The position numbers were made by a program, and so were the translations under genes. A stretch of DNA of 64,000 nt from Chlorokybus atmophyticus. Lineage: Eukaryota; Plantae; Mesostigma and Chlorokybus algae. Every line of letters begins with the position of its first letter. Positions within the stretch are counted from its first letter, which is position 1. The DNA lies in NCBI GenBank assembly GCA_009103225.1, contig RHPI01003009.1, positions 461,465-525,464 of the forward strand. The letters are read 5' to 3'. This document shows, in pieces, positions 38,595 through 50,880 of the stretch. Below the pieces are notes generated by a model. The model did no database searches, was not told the DNA's origin, and saw only the letters and a list, made by a program, of their open reading frames with translations.

Positions 38595-40179
38595 GCTTGC
38601 AACACCCTCAAACACAGACAACGGAGAACACCCACTTGCCGAGTCAAGCCAAGCCTTGACCAGCAGTACCACACTAGCACGGGACGCAAACAGCGGGCCA
38701 ATGCTTGCAACCAACCACAGCAAGCTGCGCAGCCAGCTTGAGTCGCTCTAATTTCACTTCATGGTCAATGCAGAAGGTGAGCTCCATCCTGTCTCCACAC
38801 GCCACCCATTCAAATGCTCCAACCAGCTTGCTCAGTGTCTTATTGTTCCATATCTGGCTCCACCCCACTGAGTCACTCACCCCACTGAGTCAATGCTATC
38901 AACAACAGGAAGAAGCAGGAGACGAACGTGGAGGACGAGGAGGAGGCGCCGCCCAAGCCTGTGCCCCCTCACACCACCAACGCCCTAGCACACACCCTCA
39001 CGCACCAAAGCACACACGCCCCCACACACACCCTCAAACACGACAAAACACACACAATCCCACCACCCCCTCCGCCCACCTTCCCTCACGCCGCCGGCGA
39101 CGCCAGCAACACCCACACTGCCGTCAAACACAGTGACGCCCACACTGCCGTCAAAGTGTGCCCGCACAGCGAAACTTTTACTCCGTCAAAGTCACTGTAA
39201 ATTCTGACCTGACCAAGCATCTTGACCTGCTTGTCTTGATATCGAGCCAAGTGCTGTCGATATCGCGTACTTTAGCAGCTTGCCTAGCGCGCGGTGTGGA
39301 GATCGCAGCGCTAGCCTAAAGAATGCCCAAGTGCGCCGCGCCCACGGTTGATCACAGTGCGCGACACCAGGCGAGAGTGGAAAGGCGCGGGAAGTGCTGT
39401 GGGGCGCGCGCGCGCGCGCACAGGAAGCAACTACACTCAGAGTATTCTCATTATTTCCGAGTTGCAGTCAAAGTCCAAGCCGTGTTCACTGCGTTGACTT
39501 TCCTCTTCGTTTTCGCGGGCACGAGCTCCGTTATGAGAGGAGTCTTCAAGAGACGGCGATTTGCGCCGTAGAAACGCCGTTACATGTAACTGCAGTCCGC
39601 GCTCGTAACCGCGGTTAAAGGACGCGGTTAAACTGTTCGGCTTTTAACAGGCTTGACCAGTACGTGCGGGGCAGAACTTTTTTGTCGACGGGTCAAAATC
39701 CACCGGTTACGTTTTGGCTTGGAGATCCGGTTACGCTTGTTCAAACGTGACGCGGATACGCTTGCTGCAGATACGTTGGTGGATACTGTGCATGACTGCA
39801 TGCAGTGCGTGCGCCTGTGCTTGGGCGGCGGCGGCGAGGTGCTTGGCTTGGTGTCTGTTGTGAGAAAAGCTGTTCATGACACTCTAACAGCTTCATTCCA
39901 CGGATTGGTAAGTACGGTTTCCGCTGACACCGGTTAGGAGCCTCCTTGTCGGCATCAGCAGCTTGCCTGGTGCATGCCTCAAGCCAGGTTGCTGCTATCG
40001 CAAGCAGCGGGTATATGTATTGTGCATGGCCTCAGACTGAACCCGACATCAATGAGGCTCGGCTGTGTACGCCCGCAGTATTGTGCTTGCAACATCAAGT
40101 TCGTGAGACGAAGGCAGTTGACGTGGGCACAAGTCTGATGGTGATGTGATTGCCGCCAGGTGGTGGTGCCTGCGCCATC

Positions 40180-41482
40180 ATGGTGGACAGGGCCGATTTA
40201 CTGAAGTCACCTCGGCTTGCTCTGTACATTTTATCATGGGTGAGTGAGGGATTGGTTGGACTAGCCAAAACATCAGTGGTTGGATGCCAACTCAACGAGG
40301 ACTGACAACTTTGGCCACCACTGTACTGCCTGCAGGTGTTTGCACTGGTTGCCTTTGCTGTAATGGGACATTATTTGACCATCAATCGCCACGACGAGTT
40401 CTCCTTTTTGGTTGGGATATGTACGCAGTGGTTCATGGCTTGTTGCATGGTTTTGCATGAAGCAGAACTCCGGTGCTGTTACTCATGCATGCAACATTGT
40501 GTACTGCAGGTGTTATCGTGTGGTTGGCGGTGACAGTGCAAATAGTGCTGTTGTGCTTGGGTCGCTCCCTTCCCCCTTTGCTGGTAAGCACTACATGTCA
40601 TGCAAATGGCGGTTCAAGCCGTGACACAGCGTACGCGGCTGGTTCTGCCTTAAAGTGCTGTACCATGCGGTGGTTTGCTTGCATCTCTTCCCCACACACC
40701 TGCATGATGCGGTGGCAGATGGATATAACCTATTTGTAGCAAAGGTTAGTGCACAGGATAACATACGCATGGCATGGCATTGAAGATGTTCACACGGTAC
40801 CAGTACTGTAATGCTACATACCGGCACCCGCACACATCACCTGCTGCACCAACCAATGCTTCATCGCAACACTGTTGTGGGATCGAGCATTCTACCCGTA
40901 AAAGTGGTTGGACTGCAGCCGGTGTAATACAGTACACATGGTTCGACAGACGCACAATTGAATCACTGTGTGCTGTGTTTGTTTTATCAAGGTTCTGGTG
41001 CATCAAGACACATGCGACAAGTTTCCAATGGGTGTTTTCCGTTGACGTGTGTTGACTTTTAGTGTCTCTGAATGTGATCACTCCTTACCATCCCCAACAC
41101 CTCATACAGGAGGCAGCCATTTTGGTTTTCCTTGCAATGCTTGCCTTCCTCGCTTTCCTGGTGGCGGTTATAGAATGCGATAACACAGAAGAACAAGAGA
41201 CGCCTTCTGGAAGCACAATCGAAGTGAAGGTCTGCGCAGGACAAACTGAACCCAAAGCTGCAGCGGTGAGTGCCTGTTTGAATGCACGAGGTTGCCAATG
41301 TTGTGTGGGAATATGACGCAACTACCTGGCTGATGCAGCAACAATTGTCCCACAAACTGTGTTCGCAGGCCTTTTCATTTCTCCTAGGTGTGGCTCTGGT
41401 GGTTTCATCACTTTTGAGTTGCATCGCACACCGGAATGGGCCAAGCGCTCCAATGTCCTCTTCTCAACCGTCATATGTTTGA
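40180..41482 (+). CDS. MARVEL/CASP-like four-transmembrane protein
   Basis: The exons join in frame as MVDRADLLKSPRLALYILSW | VFALVAFAVM...FSFLVGI | CVIVWLAVTVQIVLL | EAAILVFLAMLAFLAFLVAV.C...VC...PKAAA | AFSFLLGVALVVSSLL...TGA. The four TM helices and the C...KAAAAFxF motif are typical of the family. Confidence 0.75.
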
Positions 41483-42057
41483 CACGTGCACGTGTCGTTG
41501 AAGATTGACGAGAGGGGTCTCTTGCGCCTTGCGCCATGAAGCACAAGTGGGTGGGGTCACGGTGATATTACGTAGCTCAGTGTACAGGTCACGAGAATAG
41601 TATCTAGCAGTGAATTGCGAAGTTCGCACAGGCAGTCTTTTGTGTTAGCTCAAGCAGTTCTGTGAAGACATGCAAGCCCAACATGAATCTCCGACTATAG
41701 CTCTAGGGTTAGCGGACAGATGAAGTCAGATTTGTACTTGATGCAATACTGTGTGCACTACTGCGGGTGCCCTATGCATGCAGCAGCAATGGTTCATAGG
41801 GGCAAGTACAGTTGACAGACCATGCAACATTGCACCAGTTGCAGATCTCAATCTCGAAATGCAAACCGCTGGCTCATCTGTTTGACAACGCTTGCGCATG
41901 AGATGACAAACAGAATTGTGCGATTGCACTCCATAAATCGCTGCGTGCATTGCAAACAGATGCTCCTCATTGGTAGCAACCTAGACAGATGGGGCAACAG
42001 GCACAGCAGCATACCCCTTTTGTACACTGTGAGAGATTGCCAAATACACCATCACGG

Positions 42058-44230
42058 TCAAGCTCGGTGGGCTCGGGCCTTGCCAAAGAACGTCCTTTGA
42101 ATGATCCGATATGGTGCGCTAACTACCTGCCGCAGCACAGTGTAGTTGCAGTGCCAAAAGCGCCTGATGGCCATGATGACAAAATTGCTCGCTGAGCTGG
42201 GCCAGTAGTATGGGTGGAGTAACCGGAACACCATGCTGACTAGCTGACGGGAACGCCGACCTGCCTGCATGTTGCATGCACAGCAATGAAAAGCAAGAAC
42301 TCAAGTCCATATGCAAACAGTATTTTGACACACTTACTGGATACAAAGCGTTGAGGGAGAATCTGGCAGCATGACGAACAGAGCGGGGCGGGTACAAGGG
42401 GCCGCCAGGGGTGGAGAGGCCGTATAGTGCTGCTTGCAGGCGCAAGCTTGTGGTAGTACGAAAGCGCATACCTACGGCACACAAGCGGCAAATGCAATAA
42501 GCGCATTACCGATGGTAGACAGGCTGCGCATGCTGACAGGCTGCGCATGCTGCTGCTTGGGCAGCACCTCATTGGCATTACCTTTGAATGCACGCAAGTT
42601 TTCAAGGTATCGCACCAGGACAGGCTCCACTTTGACCTCTTGCAGCTGCATAGCAAGTTACATCTTAGTGAAATGCAAGTTGGTTGATGTGCCTGTGCGT
42701 GTACGCAGACCAGACAGACTTGAATGCGTTGATGGCGTGCCACACCTGATGAATGACTTCATTGGCGATTATGTCTACTGCGGTGCCATGGGCTCTCAGG
42801 CCAACAGTGCTGGGTGATGGGAAGTCCAGCAGAACAGTCTCTAGTGCCTCCACTGCATACGTGAACAGCTAACCGCTTTGCAGAAAAATTCCCAACCGTC
42901 ATGATGCGTTGGGGAAGAGCAGTGAACATACCAGAGGAGTAGAAGAGAAAAAACTTTGCGACCATTGTGGTTAGCTCACGACGAGCCTGGCACATGCACA
43001 CTTTGAGTATGAACCGAGCACAGACTGCGGACACTACTGCCTCTATGCCAGAAAACAAGAGCTGTGAGCACATACCGACATTGGGATGCTCTCCAGCACA
43101 GCATGATCCAGCACAACCTCGCGCGTAAAGTACTGCAGTGCAGAAGAGATGAGCGCTCTCTTATGCAATTGCGCAAACATCGTATGTGTGACTCATCCTT
43201 CAGATTTGCGCACAACTCTGCCTACCACCTGAGCACCTGAAACACTGCTGCAAATCGCTGTTCGTTGCTTTTGATATCCAACCTGCAGGGGACGTCGACA
43301 TCAAACACGGTGCAGCATGCCATTGCAAGCGTATCATGAGCATTACCAACCTACCAGAAGAGCCTGCTTGCCCCGCCGAAACAGACGTTATAGTACTTGA
43401 GAGTTTCTGGTTGCTGCATGTCTGGTGGTATTGTGAACACCTGTAAGCAACGGATGGTGAGGAGTGGCGCAGTATGCAGCGCAACAGCAGGTTCAGACTG
43501 AACCTCCCAAACGTACCCATTCGTGCAGCAATAGTGCAAAGATAGTGGTCGCAGTCGGGTATGACCACAGCGTCACCAGGTGTGGCATTATCGCATCAAC
43601 ATCCTGTTGCTCGCACGCATAGTGATCTGCAAGCACTTCGTAGTAGCACAGAGCTACGCCAGGTATAGATCTATCTAGAGGCAGGTTTTCGGCTCCATAC
43701 AACTTTGCTGCAAAGTAAAGACTAAGAACAAGTGGCAGGAAAAACCACAATGCAGTGTCAGCATGATGTGCTTGCATGATGAGTTTGCATACTTGCTGGA
43801 CATGTTAGACCACCCTACCCTGGGCTTTGGCATCGACCTCCAGTGCAACATCTCGAAACAGATCTTGCAGCAAGCTTTTGCGCAGTGCACTGTCTTCTAC
43901 AGCTGCCACGGCTGCCTGTAACTGAGCCGTCAGTTTGCGCACGTTGTACGTAACATGCAAGCACATGTGCATGCAACCACGTGTGTGACGATAAGCTATG
44001 TGCGCAGTCGTGCCCATGGCACGCAGTGCACTTGTAAGAAAACGCCGTTTGGCCCATATGCATGCTTAGCATTGTATTCAAGCTTTGCAGCACAATACAT
44101 AGCATGGCAAAACACGGGTGCATGGGAGGCCAAACGTCACAACCACGAGCCAAAAGCATGATTGCCGCAAAACATGCATACGTCAACGCCTTTCTACCAT
44201 GCAACGCGACCGTTGTGGCACAGCACCCAT
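42058..44230 (-). CDS. Conserved green-lineage protein of unknown function; start approximate
   Basis: About 9 exons join in frame: LLQDLFRDVALEVD, LCYYEVLADHY, LVTLWS...IFALLLHEW, CFGGASRLFWLDI, GGPLYPPRSVRHAA..LNALYP, GRRSRQLVSMVFRLLHPYYWPSS. I recall these motifs from an uncharacterised land-plant family but cannot name it. Confidence 0.7.
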
Positions 44231-44430
44231 GGTGATTCTAGAGATGGTATAACACGACAATCGCCACTGTCTCCAAAACGACGCCCGAGCTGCAGCTGCA
44301 AGCGCACCCAGCCTTAGCTGCAACCATTACCTGTTCCAACTTTGTTTGTATCTCTTGTATAAGTCGCCTCCTGAATTTGGATTCAAGCAGAGGCGGCCTC
44401 ATGGTGCTAAGCCAGCATTACGAAAGCGCC

Positions 44431-44836
44431 TCACACGCCCACCATGCTGCGGTGGTCAAGCACTTCGCGGCACACATAGAATTGCCTCAGGGGTTTCGCA
44501 CCTTGTCCGTACCTGTGACACCTCTCCTACACTTGCTCCCCGCAAGCCTTCTGTCAAGCTCACACCAGCACACTTTTACATCACAGAGCTAAGTAGCTGT
44601 TAGCAGCCGTTCAGCAGCACCATGCTGAAGAACGACAGCACGAGAGCCACAACCACAAAGACCAGAAGCACAACGCCCGGCATGGCTCGACGACAAGTAG
44701 TTCTCAATGCCACTATCGTCGCCGCCGCCTTCACAACCGCCGTTGTTGGCGAGGACGTCACTGTCATGGGGGTGGCGAGGGTGTTCAGTGCAGGCATGCG
44801 CACTGCAAATACCCGCGTTACGTCACGGCGGGGCAT
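44431..44836 (-). CDS. Possible small membrane protein, or upstream exons of the neighbouring gene
   Basis: A GC-rich ORF ends in a TM-like stretch (PGVVLLVFVVVALVLSFFSM), and a second exon-like block reads YGQGAKPLRQFYVCREVLDH. I could not reconcile the splice phases. Confidence 0.25.
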
Positions 44837-45474
44837 CCGGTGTGAGTTCAATTTAGTGTAGTCAGGCTTCACGGCGTTCAAGCACAGCAACATTGCGTGC
44901 GGCGGCGGCGGGGGTGGCGACGGCGGCTTGGGTGCTGTTGCGGTGCGAGTGCGCTCACAACCATGTCTGAGCTTGCAGGGTGGGAGTGGTGGTGTAGTTG
45001 CTTTGGATGGCAGCAGGGCTGAAGCGGCCTATCCACTTTGGATGCACAGCTGCTTGCCCCGTTGCGTTGCCAAGTTGACGAGTGAGTGCATCAATTTGTG
45101 GAACAACGTCAACCACCAATTGCTATGCTGACATCCTGCAAGCATTCTTGTGATAGCCGTCCGTTCGTTTATCAATTCCCTTGCTGGTTGCCGAGCGATG
45201 GATGAAGCTTGTGTGCGTAAGCAACCGCTGCTTATAACGCATAGGGGTAGCCTAGCCTGGGTTAGCCTAATGCTGGTGGCTAAAGCAGAAGTGAATGTGA
45301 CTTCAGCTGCCAAACTCATGACTTGTAACACTGTGCTATTGCCATATGACATCATATGGAACCATCCCTAACACAGTTTCATCCCGCATGCGCGTGTGCT
45401 TGCGGGGTAGTGTGTGTGCAGGTTGTGATGCGCGCAATACGTAACATGTATGTGCGTATGTGTGCAGGTACTGC

Positions 45475-45702
45475 ATGAGCGCGCGGGGCGGCTTCTCTCG
45501 CCTGGCGGAGGTGACGCTGGTGGCCGTGCTAGCCGCTACGGGTGCCTTTGTGCTGCACATCCACCAGCAGCAGAAGCAGGAGAGGCTCGAGCTCAAGCGC
45601 GGTCTTGCACGTGACAGGGAACGCGTGGAAACCAAGCTGCGCGAACTGCGCTTGAAGAATTACAATGGTGAGGTCGTCACCGCTTCACAGGAACCATATT
45701 AA
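45475..45702 (+). CDS. PET117: Cytochrome c oxidase assembly factor Pet117-like
   Basis: A 75-aa protein with a short hydrophobic helix followed by HIHQQQKQERLELKRGLARDRER, matching the Pet117 pattern H..Q...R.....G..RD.ER. There is an intron acceptor just upstream in the 5' UTR. Confidence 0.8.
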   Translation: MSARGGFSRLAEVTLVAVLAATGAFVLHIHQQQKQERLELKRGLARDRERVETKLRELRLKNYNGEVVTASQEPY

Positions 45703-46754
45703 CAGGTTTTGCACAGCGTTTTAGCTGAAGTGGTTATGCACACAAGGCCGTATATTGTGGCATATTCAATAAACACTCTTTAGGTAAAACAAAACTTGTT
45801 TAGGTTATGGTGCGTGCGTTGAAGTTTACCTTCTAATTCCTCACACATGGTGCAACTCATTGAGCCATGTTGTTTTCAGTACATTGTTCAGTGATGGTTA
45901 GATCAGTACGCTTGCTGTAGAAGTGTGCAATGTGCTGCAGCCTTGCTGATATGTGCTTAGAAAGCATAATGCTCACAGCATGACAGCTCAAGCATACCTG
46001 CTTGCAATGCATGGCACATCCCAGTTGGGTACATAACACTGACAACCTGTTGTCAAGCGCGCTTGATGTCCTTTACTTATTCCAACTATACACACGTTCT
46101 CTCGAACATGTGTTGTTACCAATACTCCTAGCATGACAACAACCCAACAATGGCATAGACATGTTATGTGCACATCAGTTGCTGCATGTGAACCGACAAG
46201 CATGCTCCGCAATGTTTGTGCGTGATGTATATCACATATACTATTTGAGTATCTAGCTGCAAGTGGAATACAAGTCCTTGGCGTGTGCATGCAGTCAAGC
46301 TAGTCCAAGTTTACGGTATGTGACTACAAAACTACTATGGTGGTATTTTGTGGCATGCTATGCACAGTCATTTTCACCGGCGCACATTATTCATCGACTC
46401 TATCTATACTTGCATAAGCTTGTTCATCATATTTTGCGCAGTGTAAAATCAGTCAACTGCAACACTGCAGTTGCTACCAACATCACAACCAAGTGAATGG
46501 CAAGCCACTTTCGTTGCATCAAAGATACTGGACTGATCTTGCAGAAAGGATTGCATGCTTGGTGCATGTATCTGAAAAACTTATTTCACTCATTGCATCA
46601 TGATGTCTCTAACTCATTGCAGTAGTATGACATGCATACGCAGCAGATTGCTTCCACCAGCACCATAGTTAAACCACAACATAAACATTATTTACAATTC
46701 AGCGGTGCAAACCCAAATAGGACAGTGTCAGCTAGGTGCCATTGGGGTGCGTAT

Positions 46755-48548
46755 CTAGATACCGTACATGGGAACTTTGGTGGGATGTTCTCCATACGCA
46801 ATGCGTGTCTCCTTGATGCGGAGCGGCAATAGCACTGCGTAGAAGACCACCGCCGCCAGCAGCAACCAGTCCTTGGGTCCATTAACCAAGCTGCACACAG
46901 CCATGAGTTGCTCAGTTTGTCACAAGCGGCTGCAGCATATTGGACGGACAAATGCATAGCAGGCGTGCTTACTCTTTGAAAAAGCCGACGGACAAGAACG
47001 AAGCAGCGGCAATGTGCAGTGGTGCTGTGTACTTGTGGACCGCATGCAGCTTGTTGGAGACGAGGTGGAGGATCGGCTCAACAATACCGTACAGGATAAA
47101 TGACTGTTGACAACACAGCAATGTCAGGTTGATATGCCAATCTCACCCACACAGCACCACTACATCATGCACAATGCAATACATTACAAACTCATGACGA
47201 CTTACAAAGTCCAGGAGTGTTAGAAGCGTTACACGCACGTCCCTGCAACGTTAAGTGACTTTGGTAAGTGGTGTGAAGCCGCAACGCGAGGAAGTGAGCA
47301 TGGTTTAGACAAATAGACAGCGGTGGCCCAGATGGGCCAGCATGGCTTACTTGCGGAAAAGCGTGGCAGGTGCAAAGAAGAACACAAGGGAAGGCAGGAC
47401 ATGGTTGAAGATGATGTGGGGCCACTTGAACCTGAGGCCGACGGCATCCACTTCCTGAGCCTGCAAACAAGCAGTCAGAATGGGGTACATGGACCGACAA
47501 CAACACCACACCTCAAAGCAATGTTTACCTCACCAACTGCCGTTGGCTGGCCGAACAGAACATCATCGGCTTCTTGGGCTTTTTGGCGCACCTGATTAGC
47601 ACCTTGCTTTGCGGTTTTCTTGACAGTTTTGCCCGCATTCTCAGCCTGCGATTGTGCGGCCTGTGCCTGCGCCTTGGCTTGGTTCTCTAGGTTGTCTGCA
47701 ATGTTATATGCAGCTTTCCTCTTAAGCCCCTCAAACTGAATATTGCCAGGGTCAGCTTTATACCTGCAAGATCGGCGTCAACGGGTAAAACACTTCACAA
47801 CAGCAATTCGCATTCCCCAAACCAAACAGGCAAAAAAAAACAATAAGATCAGCCACTTACGCGTTGCCTTCAGACCAGGCCGCCTTGCCAGCATTCTCTG
47901 CGTGGTGCTTCAGCTTTTCATACTCCTCATCAACCGATATTTCAAAGCTGCACACGCAACGCGCACGCAAGTGATGAGTCACTGAGAACCAACAAGCAGT
48001 GCTGTAATTTGCACACAAGAGAGCTTGACAGCACGTCACTTACGAAGCACCCTCTGGAGACTTGTTTTCTTCCCACACTCGCTGACCGTGCGCGTCTGCG
48101 TGGGACTTGAGCTTGTCGTACTCCTCGTTGGCGCCTGCCCGTACGCACAGCCCAGCTCGCTGCAAGAACCACATGAAAATGAACTCAGTGAACTCGTCAT
48201 AGTATACTTGGCAAGCATAATACAGGCGCTTGAGGCAATCGTACTGATGTTGCACGTGAGGCTCAACAAGGAGTAGTAAGGCAGAAACAGCTATGGGGAA
48301 CATGCATGCAAACGTAGCAAGCTTGCGTCTTTGCATGCTATACTGCGGCTTGCAAGCAGGCACACAGCGCTGCTTACTGTAAGCCTTACCCTCTTGCTTG
48401 TGCGCGGCAAGCGGAAAGCTGCAACGCCGCGCTGCTGGACACCTCTTTGCAACCTCAGCCCGTGCTTTGCACGGCAGCTGGGCTCTGCCAGCACCGCTGC
48501 CACGGTTGCAATCGGCCTGCACTCCATCGTTGCTAACGCCGTCGCCAT
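46755..48548 (-). CDS. Probable plastid-targeted membrane protein of unknown function, with an LEA-like hydrophilic region and about 4 C-terminal TM helices
   Basis: Exon 1 (MATALATMECRPIATVAAV...AFRLPRTSKR) looks like a transit peptide. Two paralogous exons read EEYDKLKSHADAHG and EEYEKLKHHAENAG, then an A/Q/K-rich exon. Hydrophobic exons follow (HIIFNHVLPSLVFFFAP, FILYGIVEPIL, WLLLAAVVFYAVLLPL), with TAG at 46757-46755. The phases are consistent. Confidence 0.75.
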
Positions 48549-49412
48549 GCTGTAACCCTGCCTCCTCAGCCACTGGTCACACCCCAACACCGAGACACCG
48601 CCGTCCACTACAACCTCGCCGCCCTAGCAAACGCTCGCTACTTGCCTACGACAAACTGCGCAGCTATCCCTATGAACTCACCTTGCAACCGTTACACAGA
48701 ATCCCTGCAAGCAGCAGAGGGTGGTTTTGGGTTACGTCCTCCATGTAACAGGACGAATAAGACTAATGCGACTTTAAACCTACATGTGCAGCCAGGTTCC
48801 CGTCGACAATGCGCCCGAATTAGCAAAAACTTATGAAATAAGCCGTGGTCCCGGACCAGGCAGGGTCCCAGATGAGAAGCAGCAGGGGCCAAGATCTCGA
48901 TATCGATCGTATCGTCCATCGATAACAGCGTGGCGAATGAAGATCGATGGCATGCTGACGACGCAATCATCGCCGTAGTCATCAGACGCGTTCGTGGTAT
49001 TCCAGCGGCGAGCACATGACTGAATCTCCCCCGCGTAAAATGTTTTCATTGTGAGTTGTTCAGTGTGCCCGGGTGCGGGCGCAGGCTGGGTGGTACAGCG
49101 CGCGACGAGGGGTGCAGGTCTGGGCTCGCGCTCGCGATCCCGGAGAGCGACGCTGACTTGGCGCTGCCACTTGGCAGCAGTGGCCCACTGCCAGTGGGCG
49201 CTGACCCAGGATCTGGACCTGGACCGGGGCTGAAGTGGCGACAATGAAGCCCATAATCGTGCTGTGGGATCTGCTTCTCCGCATGAACCAATGGCCAGAA
49301 CACCACAGACAGAATGGTGAGAAACTCAAGCGTTATCTCACATGACCCTTGAATTTCTGAGATAACCCTTGACTCAAGGGCCTTGAGGGATGTACCCCTT
49401 AAGGGAGGTAGC

Positions 49413-49446
49413 TCATGATTCATGAGTCATGAGTCATGAGTCATGA
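49413..49446. repeat. 7-bp-period array of five TCATGA palindromes containing three TGAGTCA motifs
   Basis: TCATGA occurs at 49413, 49420, 49427, 49434 and 49441. Confidence 0.9.
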
Positions 49447-50058
49447 TATGATAGATTACATAACGCTTGTCTTGATAGCAAAATGCATTTACGGTATTGA
49501 TTAGGTTAGCAAATGGCACGGGCCATAGTTTATGATATTGGATTTATAAATTAATTCGATAATGTACACGCTATGAAATATTGGATATGGTCAATTCGTG
49601 TTATGTACACAATACTTAAACATGTTTGAAGCTATCAAAGGAGCTTGTAACAATGTGAGTGCAGCAATTGCTACAACTATGCATATTTTTTTGCTGCGCA
49701 AATAATTGGCCTTTTTGGGGAGGTGTCAAGCTAAAGTGGTGCATTACGGACTCTTTGATCACTCGACCGCAACGTCAACCCTTTATACAGATTTGAACGA
49801 CTATAGCATACTGCTCCGTAGCGATACGCGTAATATATGGTATACAACTTGTGTTTTAAGAGGGATGCTTATATAGTAATATTGTCACGTTTACCTCTCA
49901 ACCTGCTGAGAGGGTCACAAACTTCTGCACAAGCAGATAAACTTGACAACACACCTTGCAAGCAGCAACCACAAGGGAGTAGATGGGGAGAGCACCCTTC
50001 AACAGCTTCAGCCAGGCACCCCATACACGCGTAGTTTTTGCAAGGCCAGTTGTCACGC

Positions 50059-50880
50059 TCAAAAGGCTCGCGAAAGCCTTAACTGAGTTAGTCTCAGTTC
50101 CTTGCTTATGCGGTAAGTAACAGGGACCAAGTGAGGATTCTGCATGCCATAGTGTGTAGCACCTGGCATGTGTGCTTATGCCGTCAGTCTTTGTCAACTT
50201 AGTAACTAGGGCTATGTAGCTGCACAAGGCACTATGTATCAGCACGCACAGGGCTGTGCGGTGCCATATGCTCTGCATGACTTGTGAAGTGCCAGTGCAG
50301 TAACATCAAGGCAGCATACGTGCTGCAAGTGGCAGATCGCAGGTCAGTCCTGGTTGGCAAGTATGGTGTGTTTTAAAAAGCACAGGACAGATTTTGGCAT
50401 TTGGCAAATACTTGTCTTGTGGTTGACAAATCTGAGGTTTGATAATCCCAAGGTTGATGTCCTGTGATGGGACAGGTCATATGTGGACATAGTCAATTTG
50501 TGCTGAATGGTCAGCACACGGTGAAAAGGCCTTGGAGATCCTGTGTGCCAGGTTGGGAGAGCGGCAAGTGGTATATATGCTCAGTAGCAACCTTGAGTAG
50601 GGATCACAGTGTGTTCACCACTCAAGGGCCACTTGTGTGTGGGGTGCCAAGTAGCTGTTGAATAGGCTCTCCCCCCCTCATCCCAAATGGTGTGTGTGTG
50701 TGTGCCATTGGTTGATGATGATTGCACCTGTGTGTGGGGGGGAGCTGTTGGAGGGCTGGCTGTCGTCCTCTCCTAGCCAACTCCGCTGCTGTATCTTCCT
50801 CGCAGAGGTGCTGCACCAGGGTGTGCATAAGTCCTTTGTGCTTGTGCGCAAGTTGATGAGGTTCACGAGTAGGTAAGTGA
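50059..50880 (+). repeat. Dispersed repeat copy A, a direct repeat of 60917-61737; family unknown
   Basis: Long colinear matches (e.g. GTAAGTAA.AGGGACCAAGTGA.GATTC.GCATGCCAT; CGGTGCCATATGCTCTGCATG; CTCAGTAGCAACCTTGAGTAGGGATCA), roughly 75-80% identical by eye. Confidence 0.85.

Noticed and set aside
43260-43400. Possible GC-AG intron in the conserved unknown gene
   Set aside because: A GT donor after CTC TTC TG gives the correct phase (ASRLFW|LDIK).
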